10,135 bases of DNA from Okeania sp. (GCF_035285525.1 NZ_JAYKGW010000111.1:1-10135); one strand, 5' to 3'; shown: positions 1 through 6,506, counted from the first letter of the stretch. The notes: a model not told the origin generated them from the letters alone. Program-made: numbers and translations.

Positions 1-129
1 ATAATCAGGATATTGTCAACTTTATGATCTCACTTGCAGTCACCAAATACCATAAGTAATTCTACTTAATTCAATAGACGAATTTCCTGTAACTTGTTAT
101 AATACATATTGAAGTGCGGAATGTGGGTT

Positions 130-148
130 TAAGAGACTGTTTGTAAAA
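130..148. repeat. Left terminal inverted repeat of the IS
   Basis: Exact reverse complement of 1029-1047. Confidence 0.9.
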
Positions 149-219
149 AAAAGCTAAAGATGGCCATGAAGAAGTATTGAAGGTAGGAAAATCAAAAAAC
201 CATTAGCGCTATTAAATAA

Positions 220-1022
220 ATGTCCCGAAAATCTTATGCCAGGGATTTAAGCGATCGCGAGTGGCAACTACTCGAACCTCTGCTACCGAAACCTCAAAAA
301 CGAGGGCCATGCGCCAAATGCTAATCTCAGGTAAGTAGTGAATGGTATATTCTATATCCTTTACTCTGGTTGTCATTGGCGTTCTTGGCCACATGATCTA
401 CCGCCTTGGCCAACTGTGTCAACTAAATGTACGTAAATGGCAGCGATATGGTGTTTGGGAAGAAATCAATCATACTCTACGGCGAGAGACAAGAGTCCAA
501 GAAGCACGACATCCAGAACCTACTGCAGCAGTTGTTGATTCGTATGGCGATAAAAACAACAGCAAAAAGGGGGAGGTATATGGCTATGATGGTGGTAAAA
601 AAGTAAAGGGTCGTAAGCGTCATATCTTGGTTGATACTCAAGGATTACTACTAGGAGTAGTGGTAAGTGAGGCCAATATGGGAGAACGATTAGGAGCGAC
701 AGCGCTAGTCATGGAACAGGCTAAAAATATTCCAGATGTAGAATTAGTTTGGGCTGACTCTGGTTATAGAGGACCAAAATTTGCGATGGTGATCGCAGAC
801 CTAATTTCAGCACGAGTGGAAATAGTTAAGCGTAATAGTCAAGAATTTGAAGTCTTGCCTAGACGATGGGTAGTAGAGAGAACTTTTGCATGGCTAGTTC
901 AGAACCGACGTTTAGCTGTGGACTATGAACAGCTACCAGAGATTAGTGAAGCTCTGATTTACACTGCAATGATTAGATTGATGTTACGAAGGCTTGGTAC
1001 TAAAAACTCAGGCCGTTCTTAA
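220..1022 (+). pseudogene. IS5/IS4-type DDE transposase, disrupted by at least two frameshifts and one in-frame stop in the N-terminal region
   Basis: Frame 1 from ATG 220 reads MSRKSYARDLSDREWQLLEPLLPKPQKRG and stops at 322-324. Frame 2 continues ANLR-stop(taa 332-334)-VVNGIFYILYSGCHWRSWPHDLPPWPTV and stops near 430. Frame 3 (the 342..1022 ORF) carries RKWQRYGVWEEINHTLR, GYDGGKKVKGRKRHILVDTQG, VWADSGYRG and VVERTFAWL, which are the DDE triad contexts. Joined, the pieces give a typical ~265-aa transposase. Confidence 0.8.
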
Positions 1023-1028
1023 GATTTG

Positions 1029-1047
1029 TTTTACAAACAGTCTCTTA
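1029..1047. repeat. Right terminal inverted repeat of the IS
   Basis: Exact reverse complement of 130-148. It starts 7 nt after the transposase stop codon (1020-1022). Confidence 0.9.
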
Positions 1048-1476
1048 TTTAAGTGCTATTACTTATAAAAAAACTTTATTATTCCCCATAAAAATCCTGA
1101 TATTCAGTAATATTACAGATAAGTTAATTGATTTTGGTGCAATACTATCATAGGACTGACAAAAGTAAAACCAAAAAAAGGAAACCCTATCAAATATGTT
1201 TTCTCACTTTTTATTAAAAACCTTCTACGAGTTGAACAAATTTAGTTTCAATTCATTTTTTCAAGAAAAAAAGAGTGATATTGAAAATATCTTTATAATT
1301 TTACAAAAAATAATTGGATATCTAATTTTTTTAGAGGTGTTAGAAAAAGCAATTATTTTTGACTTGAAAGCGTAACTACAAACAAAGAATAAAGTAGAAA
1401 TATTTGAAAGATGATCTAATTAATACGAATGAAGCTAAATTCTTTCTGTCCTAAATATAGCGGATTCCATATTTAA

Positions 1477-1562
1477 TAGACATCTCCAAAAAAGAGGGAG
1501 TAGGGAGTAGGGAGTAGGGGGAAAGAATAGATGATTTAATTTTTTATTTTTGGAGATGTCTA
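1477..1562. repeat. 86-bp MITE-like element: 15-bp perfect TIRs enclosing a GGGAGTA heptamer array
   Basis: tagacatctccaaaa (1477-1491) is the exact reverse complement of ttttggagatgtcta (1548-1562). The core holds gggagta x3 then ggggg (1496-1521). A possible AAT direct repeat flanks agacatc...gatgtct. Confidence 0.65.
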
Positions 1563-1568
1563 ATATAT

Positions 1569-1662
1569 AGGACTAAAGCCATGAGGTAGGAAAAACAAGG
1601 GTTTGAGATTGCTTCCCTTCGGTCATATCGGACGAAAATACGTTCGAGTTCCGTAAGTCCTG
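1569..1662 (-). mobile_element. 94-bp MITE, family A (CAGGACTTACG ... GGCTTTAGTCCT), inverted orientation
   Basis: The reverse complement aligns end to end with 6025-6118, with about 11 mismatches in 94 nt by hand alignment. Imperfect terminal inverted repeats aggacttacg / ctttagtcct. It lies 49 nt downstream of the stop of the monooxygenase gene. Confidence 0.7.
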
Positions 1663-1710
1663 ATATATTTGGAATTCGTTGTTATTAATTCTTGTTCTTT
1701 TTTCCTCTTG

Positions 1711-3012
1711 CTAATTTCTAGCTAACTCTGGATGACGACCAAATAAACCAGTCATTACCCGCAAAGACAAAGATTTAAACATGGGAATAATTCCCATACC
1801 CCATAAACCTAAACGACGAATTGCCACGATAGGCAATAAAGTACCAGAAAACATTCTATCCAGAAAATCGGTAACTGCCAGAATTACTAAATTTTCCTTC
1901 CTTCGCCAACTTTCATAACGCTTCAATACCCGAAGACCTCCAAGATCCTCACCTTGCTGATGAGCAGATTTCAAAATTTCTGCGATCGCTCCCACATCTC
2001 GAATACCCATATTCAAACCTTGACCTCCCACCGGATGGCAACAGTGAGCAGCATCCCCTATCAAAGCTAAACGATGTTGAACATAGCGATCGCTCTGCAT
2101 TAACTGTACTGGAAAAACATAGCGATCGCTCAATAACTCTACCTTACCCAACAAACCACCAGTCCGCTCCTCCAGTTTTGCCAAAAATTTCTCTGGCTCC
2201 AACTCCTGCAACGCCTTGGCCTCAGTATGAGGAGCTGTCCATACCACTTGACAACGATTTCCAGGCAAGGGCAAAACCCCCATCGGACCACTTGGCCAAA
2301 ATCTCTCAAAGGCAATATTATGATGAGACTTTTCAATTTTAATAGTCATTGCTATACAAGACTGCCAATACTTCCAACCATGAGTCTCAATACCAGCAGT
2401 TTCACGAATAGGAGACCTTGCTCCATCTGCTCCTACGACTAATTTAGACCGGATACTAAAAGTTGCTTCTTGATCAGATAAATTATTTGTTTCCTTGTGT
2501 TTCAGTTGGACTTCCACAAAATCTGATTGATAATTTACTCCCAAAACTTCTACTGGACATAACCAGGTAAGTTGGTCAGAGTCTGTCAAAAATTCTTGCA
2601 TTGCGCTCAACATGACTTGATGTTCTCCGACATAACCCAATCCTTCTTTCGGGTTTAATTTTTTGCCCGTGGCAACCAAATCATCAGGATAGAATTGGAC
2701 AGTGCGAGGGTAGTTGCCATCAGAAAGACTAATTTGCTGATATGTGGTGATTTTGGGCAAAATTTTTTGCCAGACTCCTATACCATCCAATATTCTGCCA
2801 GATACCAGAGAAAGATTATAAGCCAGTTTTTTTCCTGCAACTACAGATTTAGGTTTAGTTTCCACTAATGCAATTTTTAAGCCAGAATTTTTCAGGGCGC
2901 AAGCTAAGGCAGTTCCAGCAATACCCCCACCAACAATCACTAAATCGTAGTCCAATTTTGGGGTAGTGGTTGTTTCGGATCGAGAATTTTTAAATAGTTT
3001 TTCTTTTACCAT
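1711..3012 (-). CDS. UbiH/UbiF/VisC/COQ6-family FAD-dependent aromatic-ring monooxygenase (a prenylquinone hydroxylase-type enzyme in cyanobacteria)
   Basis: 433-aa ORF with an N-terminal Rossmann motif DLVIVGGGIAGTALA, the DG motif VVGADGARSPIR, and the GD motif LIGDAAHCCHPVGGQGLNMGIRD. ATG at 3010-3012 is the only start upstream of the GxGxxG motif. Confidence 0.9.
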   Translation of the reverse strand: MVKEKLFKNSRSETTTTPKLDYDLVIVGGGIAGTALACALKNSGLKIALVETKPKSVVAGKKLAYNLSLVSGRILDGIGVWQKILPKITTYQQISLSDGNYPRTVQFYPDDLVATGKKLNPKEGLGYVGEHQVMLSAMQEFLTDSDQLTWLCPVEVLGVNYQSDFVEVQLKHKETNNLSDQEATFSIRSKLVVGADGARSPIRETAGIETHGWKYWQSCIAMTIKIEKSHHNIAFERFWPSGPMGVLPLPGNRCQVVWTAPHTEAKALQELEPEKFLAKLEERTGGLLGKVELLSDRYVFPVQLMQSDRYVQHRLALIGDAAHCCHPVGGQGLNMGIRDVGAIAEILKSAHQQGEDLGGLRVLKRYESWRRKENLVILAVTDFLDRMFSGTLLPIVAIRRLGLWGMGIIPMFKSLSLRVMTGLFGRHPELARN

Positions 3013-3452
3013 ATTTATTTTTAAAAGTCAAGGTTTTAAGAATTTGTACTTATGTACATCTATAATTGTGACGCAACTTTCAAGAAAAATGTAGTGAAGG
3101 TTTGCGCTCAAAAGTCTTTTAGGGGGACTTGTACAAAAAAAGTAGCAAAAAATAGGCTCATTGCTATATACAGCCAGAGGCTTTGAGGTCGAAAATGTAT
3201 AATCCTTTTATTCTCAAGGGTTATAGCCATTTTTAGAGCTTTGATGTAATTCCCCTACCTAGACTGACTTTGAAGCATTTTTCTACCCAGAAAATGTGTA
3301 AGTCCCACTAAAAGCTTTATCTGTAAATACTTTGAATTTTCATCAGGAATTCCTAATTAAAAATATAGTAGTATTAAGTTAAGCAAATGTTGGCTTTATT
3401 AATTAAAAAGCTGATCGCTGATCGCTAATAACTGAATGCTTATCCCTAATTA

Positions 3453-3803
3453 TTAATTATTAATAATACTTTCCAAAAGTTCCCAATGAGAATTTTCTAC
3501 TATTAACTTAGTCAATAAATAAAATACTTGATAGCAATGATTATCTAATTTGACAGCTAGTTCTTCACTTCTAACAACTATCTTAATTCTAGTTTTTTCA
3601 GTAGCATTAGATAATCGCTCAAGATTTATATCTATATAGACAAGTTTAGGAAAAGAAACTTGACCTGGAAGCTCACGAGCCATTAAATAATCTCTGCGAT
3701 TATAAATAATTTCACAACCACAATAAGTTAAAATCTCTATAAAAATTGGCTGTAAATCTTCTATCCCAAAACTAACAGTAAATATACCAGTATAGCGAGC
3801 CAT
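3453..3803 (-). CDS. Hypothetical protein, 116 aa, no family recognised
   Basis: The track ORF (3453..3815) starts at a TTG. An ATG four codons downstream (MARYTGIF...) has GGAG 7-8 nt upstream (ctttGGAGttatttATG), so I prefer 3803. No membrane segment or motif I can name. Confidence 0.55.
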   Translation of the reverse strand: MARYTGIFTVSFGIEDLQPIFIEILTYCGCEIIYNRRDYLMARELPGQVSFPKLVYIDINLERLSNATEKTRIKIVVRSEELAVKLDNHCYQVFYLLTKLIVENSHWELLESIINN

Positions 3804-4093
3804 AAATAACTCCAAAGATAGACCTAACTTCTTAACTTAACAAATAAGTTGGTACAAATAAGTTATTAAAATAGAATTGAAAATCTCGGAAATAATTGAG
3901 ACTGCTTTCCCCAATTTGTTCCACTCTCTAGGACATAATTATGTTTAACTATGTCTGCCTGCTTAAGTAGTGTTTGCTACAACTTAAATACAACTATTGT
4001 AGATTATCATAAAATAGTCTCGTGGGAAATGTAAATTTGTTGACAATTCTTAGGAAAGTCAAAAAGTTGATTATATACAATTGTTGATACAAA

Positions 4094-4756
4094 ATGATAG
4101 GTAAGCTAATAGTTTTTGAAGGTGTAGAGGGAGGGGGTAAAACCACTCAAATCCAACTCTTAAGGAATTGGTTGTTAGACAAATGTCAGTTGGGTAAATT
4201 TTTATCAAAATCTCTAGATTTAGAAGTTGTCGTCACACGAGAACCGGGGGGAACAAAGGTTGGTAAGATTTTACGAGAGTTGCTTCTGAATGCAGATGTC
4301 TCTGGAGAACAAATTCAAGCGAGAGCAGAATTATTATTGTATGCAGCAGACAGAGCGCACCACATTGATGCTTTAATTAAACCTTCTTTGGAAAGAGGAG
4401 CTATAGTTTTGTGCGATCGCTTTATTGATTCGACTATTGCTTATCAAGGATATGGCCGTGGTTTGGATTTGAAGTTGATTCAAGAACTTAATCATATCGC
4501 TACAGGTGGTTTAACCAGTGATTTAACTTTTTGGTTAGATATTGATGTGGAAATTGGTTTAAATAGAGTTAAAAATAGAGGGAAAATCGACAGAATAGAA
4601 CAGACTAATATTGAGTTTCATCAACGAGTAAAAACAGGGTATGAAGAGTTAGCTAAAAATAATTCTTTAATGGTAAGAATAGATGCTCATTTAACTGTAG
4701 AAAAAATTCAAGAGCAAATTCAAGAAATTATGAGAAAAAAGTTGCTGGAATGGTAA
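4094..4756 (+). CDS. tmk: Thymidylate kinase (dTMP kinase)
   Basis: 220 aa with the P-loop FEGVEGGGKTTQ, TREPGGT, the DRF motif CDRFIDSTIAYQGYGRG, and a LID-like NRVKNRGKIDRIE. Length is typical for Tmk. Confidence 0.95.
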   Translation: MIGKLIVFEGVEGGGKTTQIQLLRNWLLDKCQLGKFLSKSLDLEVVVTREPGGTKVGKILRELLLNADVSGEQIQARAELLLYAADRAHHIDALIKPSLERGAIVLCDRFIDSTIAYQGYGRGLDLKLIQELNHIATGGLTSDLTFWLDIDVEIGLNRVKNRGKIDRIEQTNIEFHQRVKTGYEELAKNNSLMVRIDAHLTVEKIQEQIQEIMRKKLLEW

Positions 4757-4812
4757 GCATTTAGCAGTCAGCATTTAGTAGTTAGCTATCAGTTAGGAGT
4801 TACTAACTATTT
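4757..4812. repeat. Degenerate heptamer (STRR-like) array directly after the tmk stop codon
   Basis: Eight phased heptamers: agcattt agcagtc agcattt agtagtt agctatc agttagg agttact aactatt. This includes a 14-nt near-duplicate, agcatttagcagtc / agcatttagtagtt. Confidence 0.6.
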
Positions 4813-4844
4813 AAGGATTAAAGAACAAGTTGAAAAACTGAGAG

Positions 4845-4872
4845 TAGGGATGTTCCATAGAACGTCCCTACT
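4845..4872. repeat. 28-nt GTAG-initiated palindrome; possible tmk terminator hairpin
   Basis: gtagggatgttc-cata-gaacgtccctac: 12-nt arms with one T/G (wobble) position. It lies 89 nt after the tmk stop. The downstream sequence tgcattctttc is only weakly T-rich. Confidence 0.4.
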
Positions 4873-5010
4873 GCATTCTTTCATCTAAAAATGTGCATGA
4901 TTATTTGTTATTGCGTTTTCAGCGCTTGAGCTGACATGAAACCCTACACGACATAAAAAGCCCAGCTTTGCGAAGCGCCAACGACTCTTAAGCAATCTCA
5001 GGCCAACTTC

Positions 5011-5462
5011 CTATTGCACAATTACTGGACTAACACAGCTAAAATGGTGCATTAGGAAATCAAGCTCTGTAGGGGCGGGTTTCTTTATTAAGTTAACGAG
5101 TCTTCACCGATAAGTTGGCTAAACCTGCCCCCATGATATCACACAACCTCTAATGGGGCGGCTTTATGTAAACCTTAGATTAAGCATGAAAATTTCTGCT
5201 CAAACCCGCCCCTACATATTGCACCATTTAAACTGAAACAGCCCACTACTGGACTAACACAGCTAAAATGGTGCATTAGGAAATCAAGCTCTGTAGGGGC
5301 GGGTTTCTTTATTAAGTTAACCAGTCTTCACCGATAAGTTGGCTAAACCCGCCCCCATGATATCACACAACCTCTAACGGGGCGGCTTTATGTAAACCTT
5401 AGATTAAGCATGAAAATTTCTGCTCAAACCCGCCCCTACATATTTATTGCACCATTTAGCAT
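5011..5462. repeat. Two tandem 224-bp units, each built of alternating GTAGGGGCGGGTTT-type hairpins (REP/BIME-like or composite MITE)
   Basis: Period 224 (actggactaacacagc at 5024 and 5248). The copies differ at 5098/5322, 5126/5350 and 5154/5378, plus a 4-nt indel near the 3' end. The G-rich arms alternate in orientation at 5069-5082 (+), 5121-5132 (-), 5155-5165 (+) and 5202-5215 (-), and again 224 nt further on. Confidence 0.9.
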
Positions 5463-5463
5463 T

Positions 5464-5691
5464 TTAACCATTAAGACTTTGACTAGCATAAGCATCCATG
5501 CTATATGCGGGTACACGCTGACTATAGTCTAATTTATTACCAGTCAAAGATTCAGATAAATTTTCAAAAGAATCAGAATTCCAGTTACGCTCGTGGATGG
5601 GCTTACTTTGTTCACCTAAGAAGTAAGCTTGACTTCCAATTACTGCTGCAGCTACCCAAGCGATAACGAATAGTGAAACTACGATAACCAT
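5464..5691 (-). CDS. Small single-pass membrane protein, 75 aa, hypothetical
   Basis: The N-terminus MVIVVSLFVIAWVAAAVIGSQAYFL is a plausible transmembrane anchor, followed by a polar tail. aagga lies about 9 nt upstream of the ATG. No family recognised. Confidence 0.5.
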   Translation of the reverse strand: MVIVVSLFVIAWVAAAVIGSQAYFLGEQSKPIHERNWNSDSFENLSESLTGNKLDYSQRVPAYSMDAYASQSLNG

Positions 5692-5886
5692 AACTTTTTT
5701 TCCTTTACATTTTTTAACCTTACTGTAAATAAATGTAACAAGTTATTGCTTTAAGTGTCAAGTTATTGTATTTATGGCAAACCGAATAAAAAGTTATAGT
5801 AATCCGTACCTGTTTAAGCTTGACATAAATTAAAAATATGAGGTAATCACACTCTTCTTTATTTGTTCTAGGTGCAATATCATGTA

Positions 5887-5977
5887 CAGGACTTACGCAA
5901 AGGTACTATATATGGAGTTAAAAAACTATTGTGCAATAGTTTTAAGCACTATATCTAGAGTCGCTGCCTAATTCCTG
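5887..5977 (+). mobile_element. 91-bp MITE, family B (CAGGACTTACGCA ... inner 10-bp palindrome ... TAATTCCTG) with a 5-bp target-site duplication
   Basis: Flanked by atgta (5882-5886) and atgta (5978-5982). Inner perfect palindrome aaaactattg-tg-caatagtttt. A second copy lies at 9734-9824, with about 10 mismatches in 91 nt by hand alignment. Confidence 0.8.
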
Positions 5978-6181
5978 ATGTATAGTTTTTTTACCAAGAA
6001 TTGTATTATCGTTAATAAAAATGACAGGACTTACGCAACTGCAACGTATTTTCGTCCGATACGACGGTCGGGAAGCAATTTCAAACCCCTGTATTTCTTA
6101 CCTCATGGCTTTAGTCCTAACCATGTTAAGGTACTCGTTTTCGATCCCGAACCAGAGGTAATTGTAAAATGGAACAACTAG
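5978..6181 (+). pseudogene. xisH: xisH-family (PD-(D/E)XK-like) gene, 3' remnant only, interrupted by MITEs
   Basis: The C-terminal HVKVLVFDPEPEVIVKWNN and upstream YSFFTKNCIIVNKN resemble XisH C-termini as I remember them. The stop overlaps the start of xisI by 13 nt, the usual xisH-xisI arrangement. Residues RTYATATYF...HGFSP are MITE-encoded (6025-6118). A possible further fragment lies at 5834-5886, upstream of MITE B1. The N-terminal ~90 codons of a normal XisH are absent. Confidence 0.55.
6025..6118 (+). mobile_element. 94-bp MITE, family A, inserted inside the xisH remnant
   Basis: caggacttacgcaactgcaacgtattttcgtccgatacgacggtcggg...cctcatggctttagtcct matches the reverse complement of 1569-1662. 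It has no stop codon in the host frame, so it is read as 31 codons of the 67-aa track ORF. Confidence 0.7.
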
Positions 6182-6506
6182 AAAAATATCGTCAATTAGT
6201 TCAGCAGGTACTTGCAGAACATAATAAAAATAAGCCTTCTTATGGAGATATAGAGCAATTTACGATTGTCGATACCCAAAATGATCGTTATCAGTTGGGC
6301 ACTGTTGGCTGGGATGGCGATCGTTGCGTATTTCGTTGCTTAATTCATATTGATATCAAGGGCGATCAAATTTGGATTCAGTATGATGGTACAGAGGTAG
6401 GAGTTGCCAATGAACTGTAATTGAATTAGGAATACCCAAAAAATCTATCGTCCTTGGTTTTCACGATCCAAATGCTCGGAAGTTCACAGAATTTGCCGTT
6501 AATTGA
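6169..6506 (+). pseudogene. xisI: xisI-family gene with a 1-nt frameshift near codon 83 (or a sequencing error)
   Basis: MEQLEKYRQLVQQVLAEH...DRYQLGTVGWDGDRCVFRCLIHIDIKGDQIWIQYDGTEVGVANEL is typical XisI and stops at 6418-6420. Shifting -1 at 6417 continues VIELGIPKKSIVLGFHDPNARKFTEFAVN-stop (6504-6506), the expected XisI C-terminus. The total is about 112 aa. Confidence 0.85.

Larger units (their letters stand above)
130..1047 (+). mobile_element. IS5-family insertion sequence (DUF4096 N-terminus + DDE_Tnp_1 catalytic domain type), 918 bp, transposase decayed
   Basis: Perfect 19-bp terminal inverted repeats: taagagactgtttgtaaaa (130-148) and ttttacaaacagtctctta (1029-1047). They enclose one transposase reading region. 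The size and single-gene layout fit small IS5-family elements. Confidence 0.85.

Noticed and set aside
212-394. 60-aa ORF on the minus strand
   Set aside because: It lies antisense to the N-terminal part of the IS transposase, whose sense-strand reading matches a well-known family. It has no motif or ribosome-binding site of its own.
220-430. Programmed -1 ribosomal frameshifting in the IS transposase
   Set aside because: Two separate frame changes plus an in-frame TAA are needed within ~70 codons. I see no slippery heptamer at either junction, so decay is the simpler explanation.
1196-1375. 59-codon ORF in the AT-rich spacer
   Set aside because: Its Phe/Lys/Ile/Asn-rich composition simply reflects AT-rich DNA. 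The Shine-Dalgarno is weak and distant and I recognise no family. It is mentioned in a finding but not called as a feature.
1636-1650. tRNA T-arm-like gttcgagtt
   Set aside because: It lies inside the family A MITE. The other copy (6025-6118) has a different sequence at that position, and no cloverleaf can be built around it.
2139-2442. Two overlapping ORFs (2139..2336 - and 2227..2442 +) inside the monooxygenase gene
   Set aside because: Both are nested in, or antisense to, a 433-aa ORF with clear FAD-monooxygenase motifs. They are Trp/Arg/Cys-rich off-frame readings.
3045-3058. Palindrome tgtacttatgtaca upstream of the monooxygenase gene as an NtcA site
   Set aside because: NtcA sites are GTA-N8-TAC and this is GTA-N6-TAC. 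It may be an operator for another factor, but I cannot support that.
3804-3815. TTG start of the track ORF 3453..3815
   Set aside because: An ATG four codons downstream has a correctly spaced GGAG, while the TTG has none.
4040-4093. TTGACA at 4040-4045 as the tmk -35 box
   Set aside because: No acceptable -10 hexamer lies 16-18 nt downstream (aaagtt is there, and tatata is 26 nt away), so I did not list a promoter.
5011-5462. CRISPR array interpretation of the 224-bp repeats, and likewise the 57-bp repeats at 10013-10135
   Set aside because: The repeats are contiguous with no unique spacers. The unit sizes are wrong for CRISPR, and no cas gene or leader is nearby.
5978-6181. 67-aa ORF as a genuine small gene
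   Set aside because: Its central 31 codons are a family A MITE and its start codon lies in the target duplication of MITE B1. Only the flanks resemble XisH, so it is better described as a pseudogene chimera.
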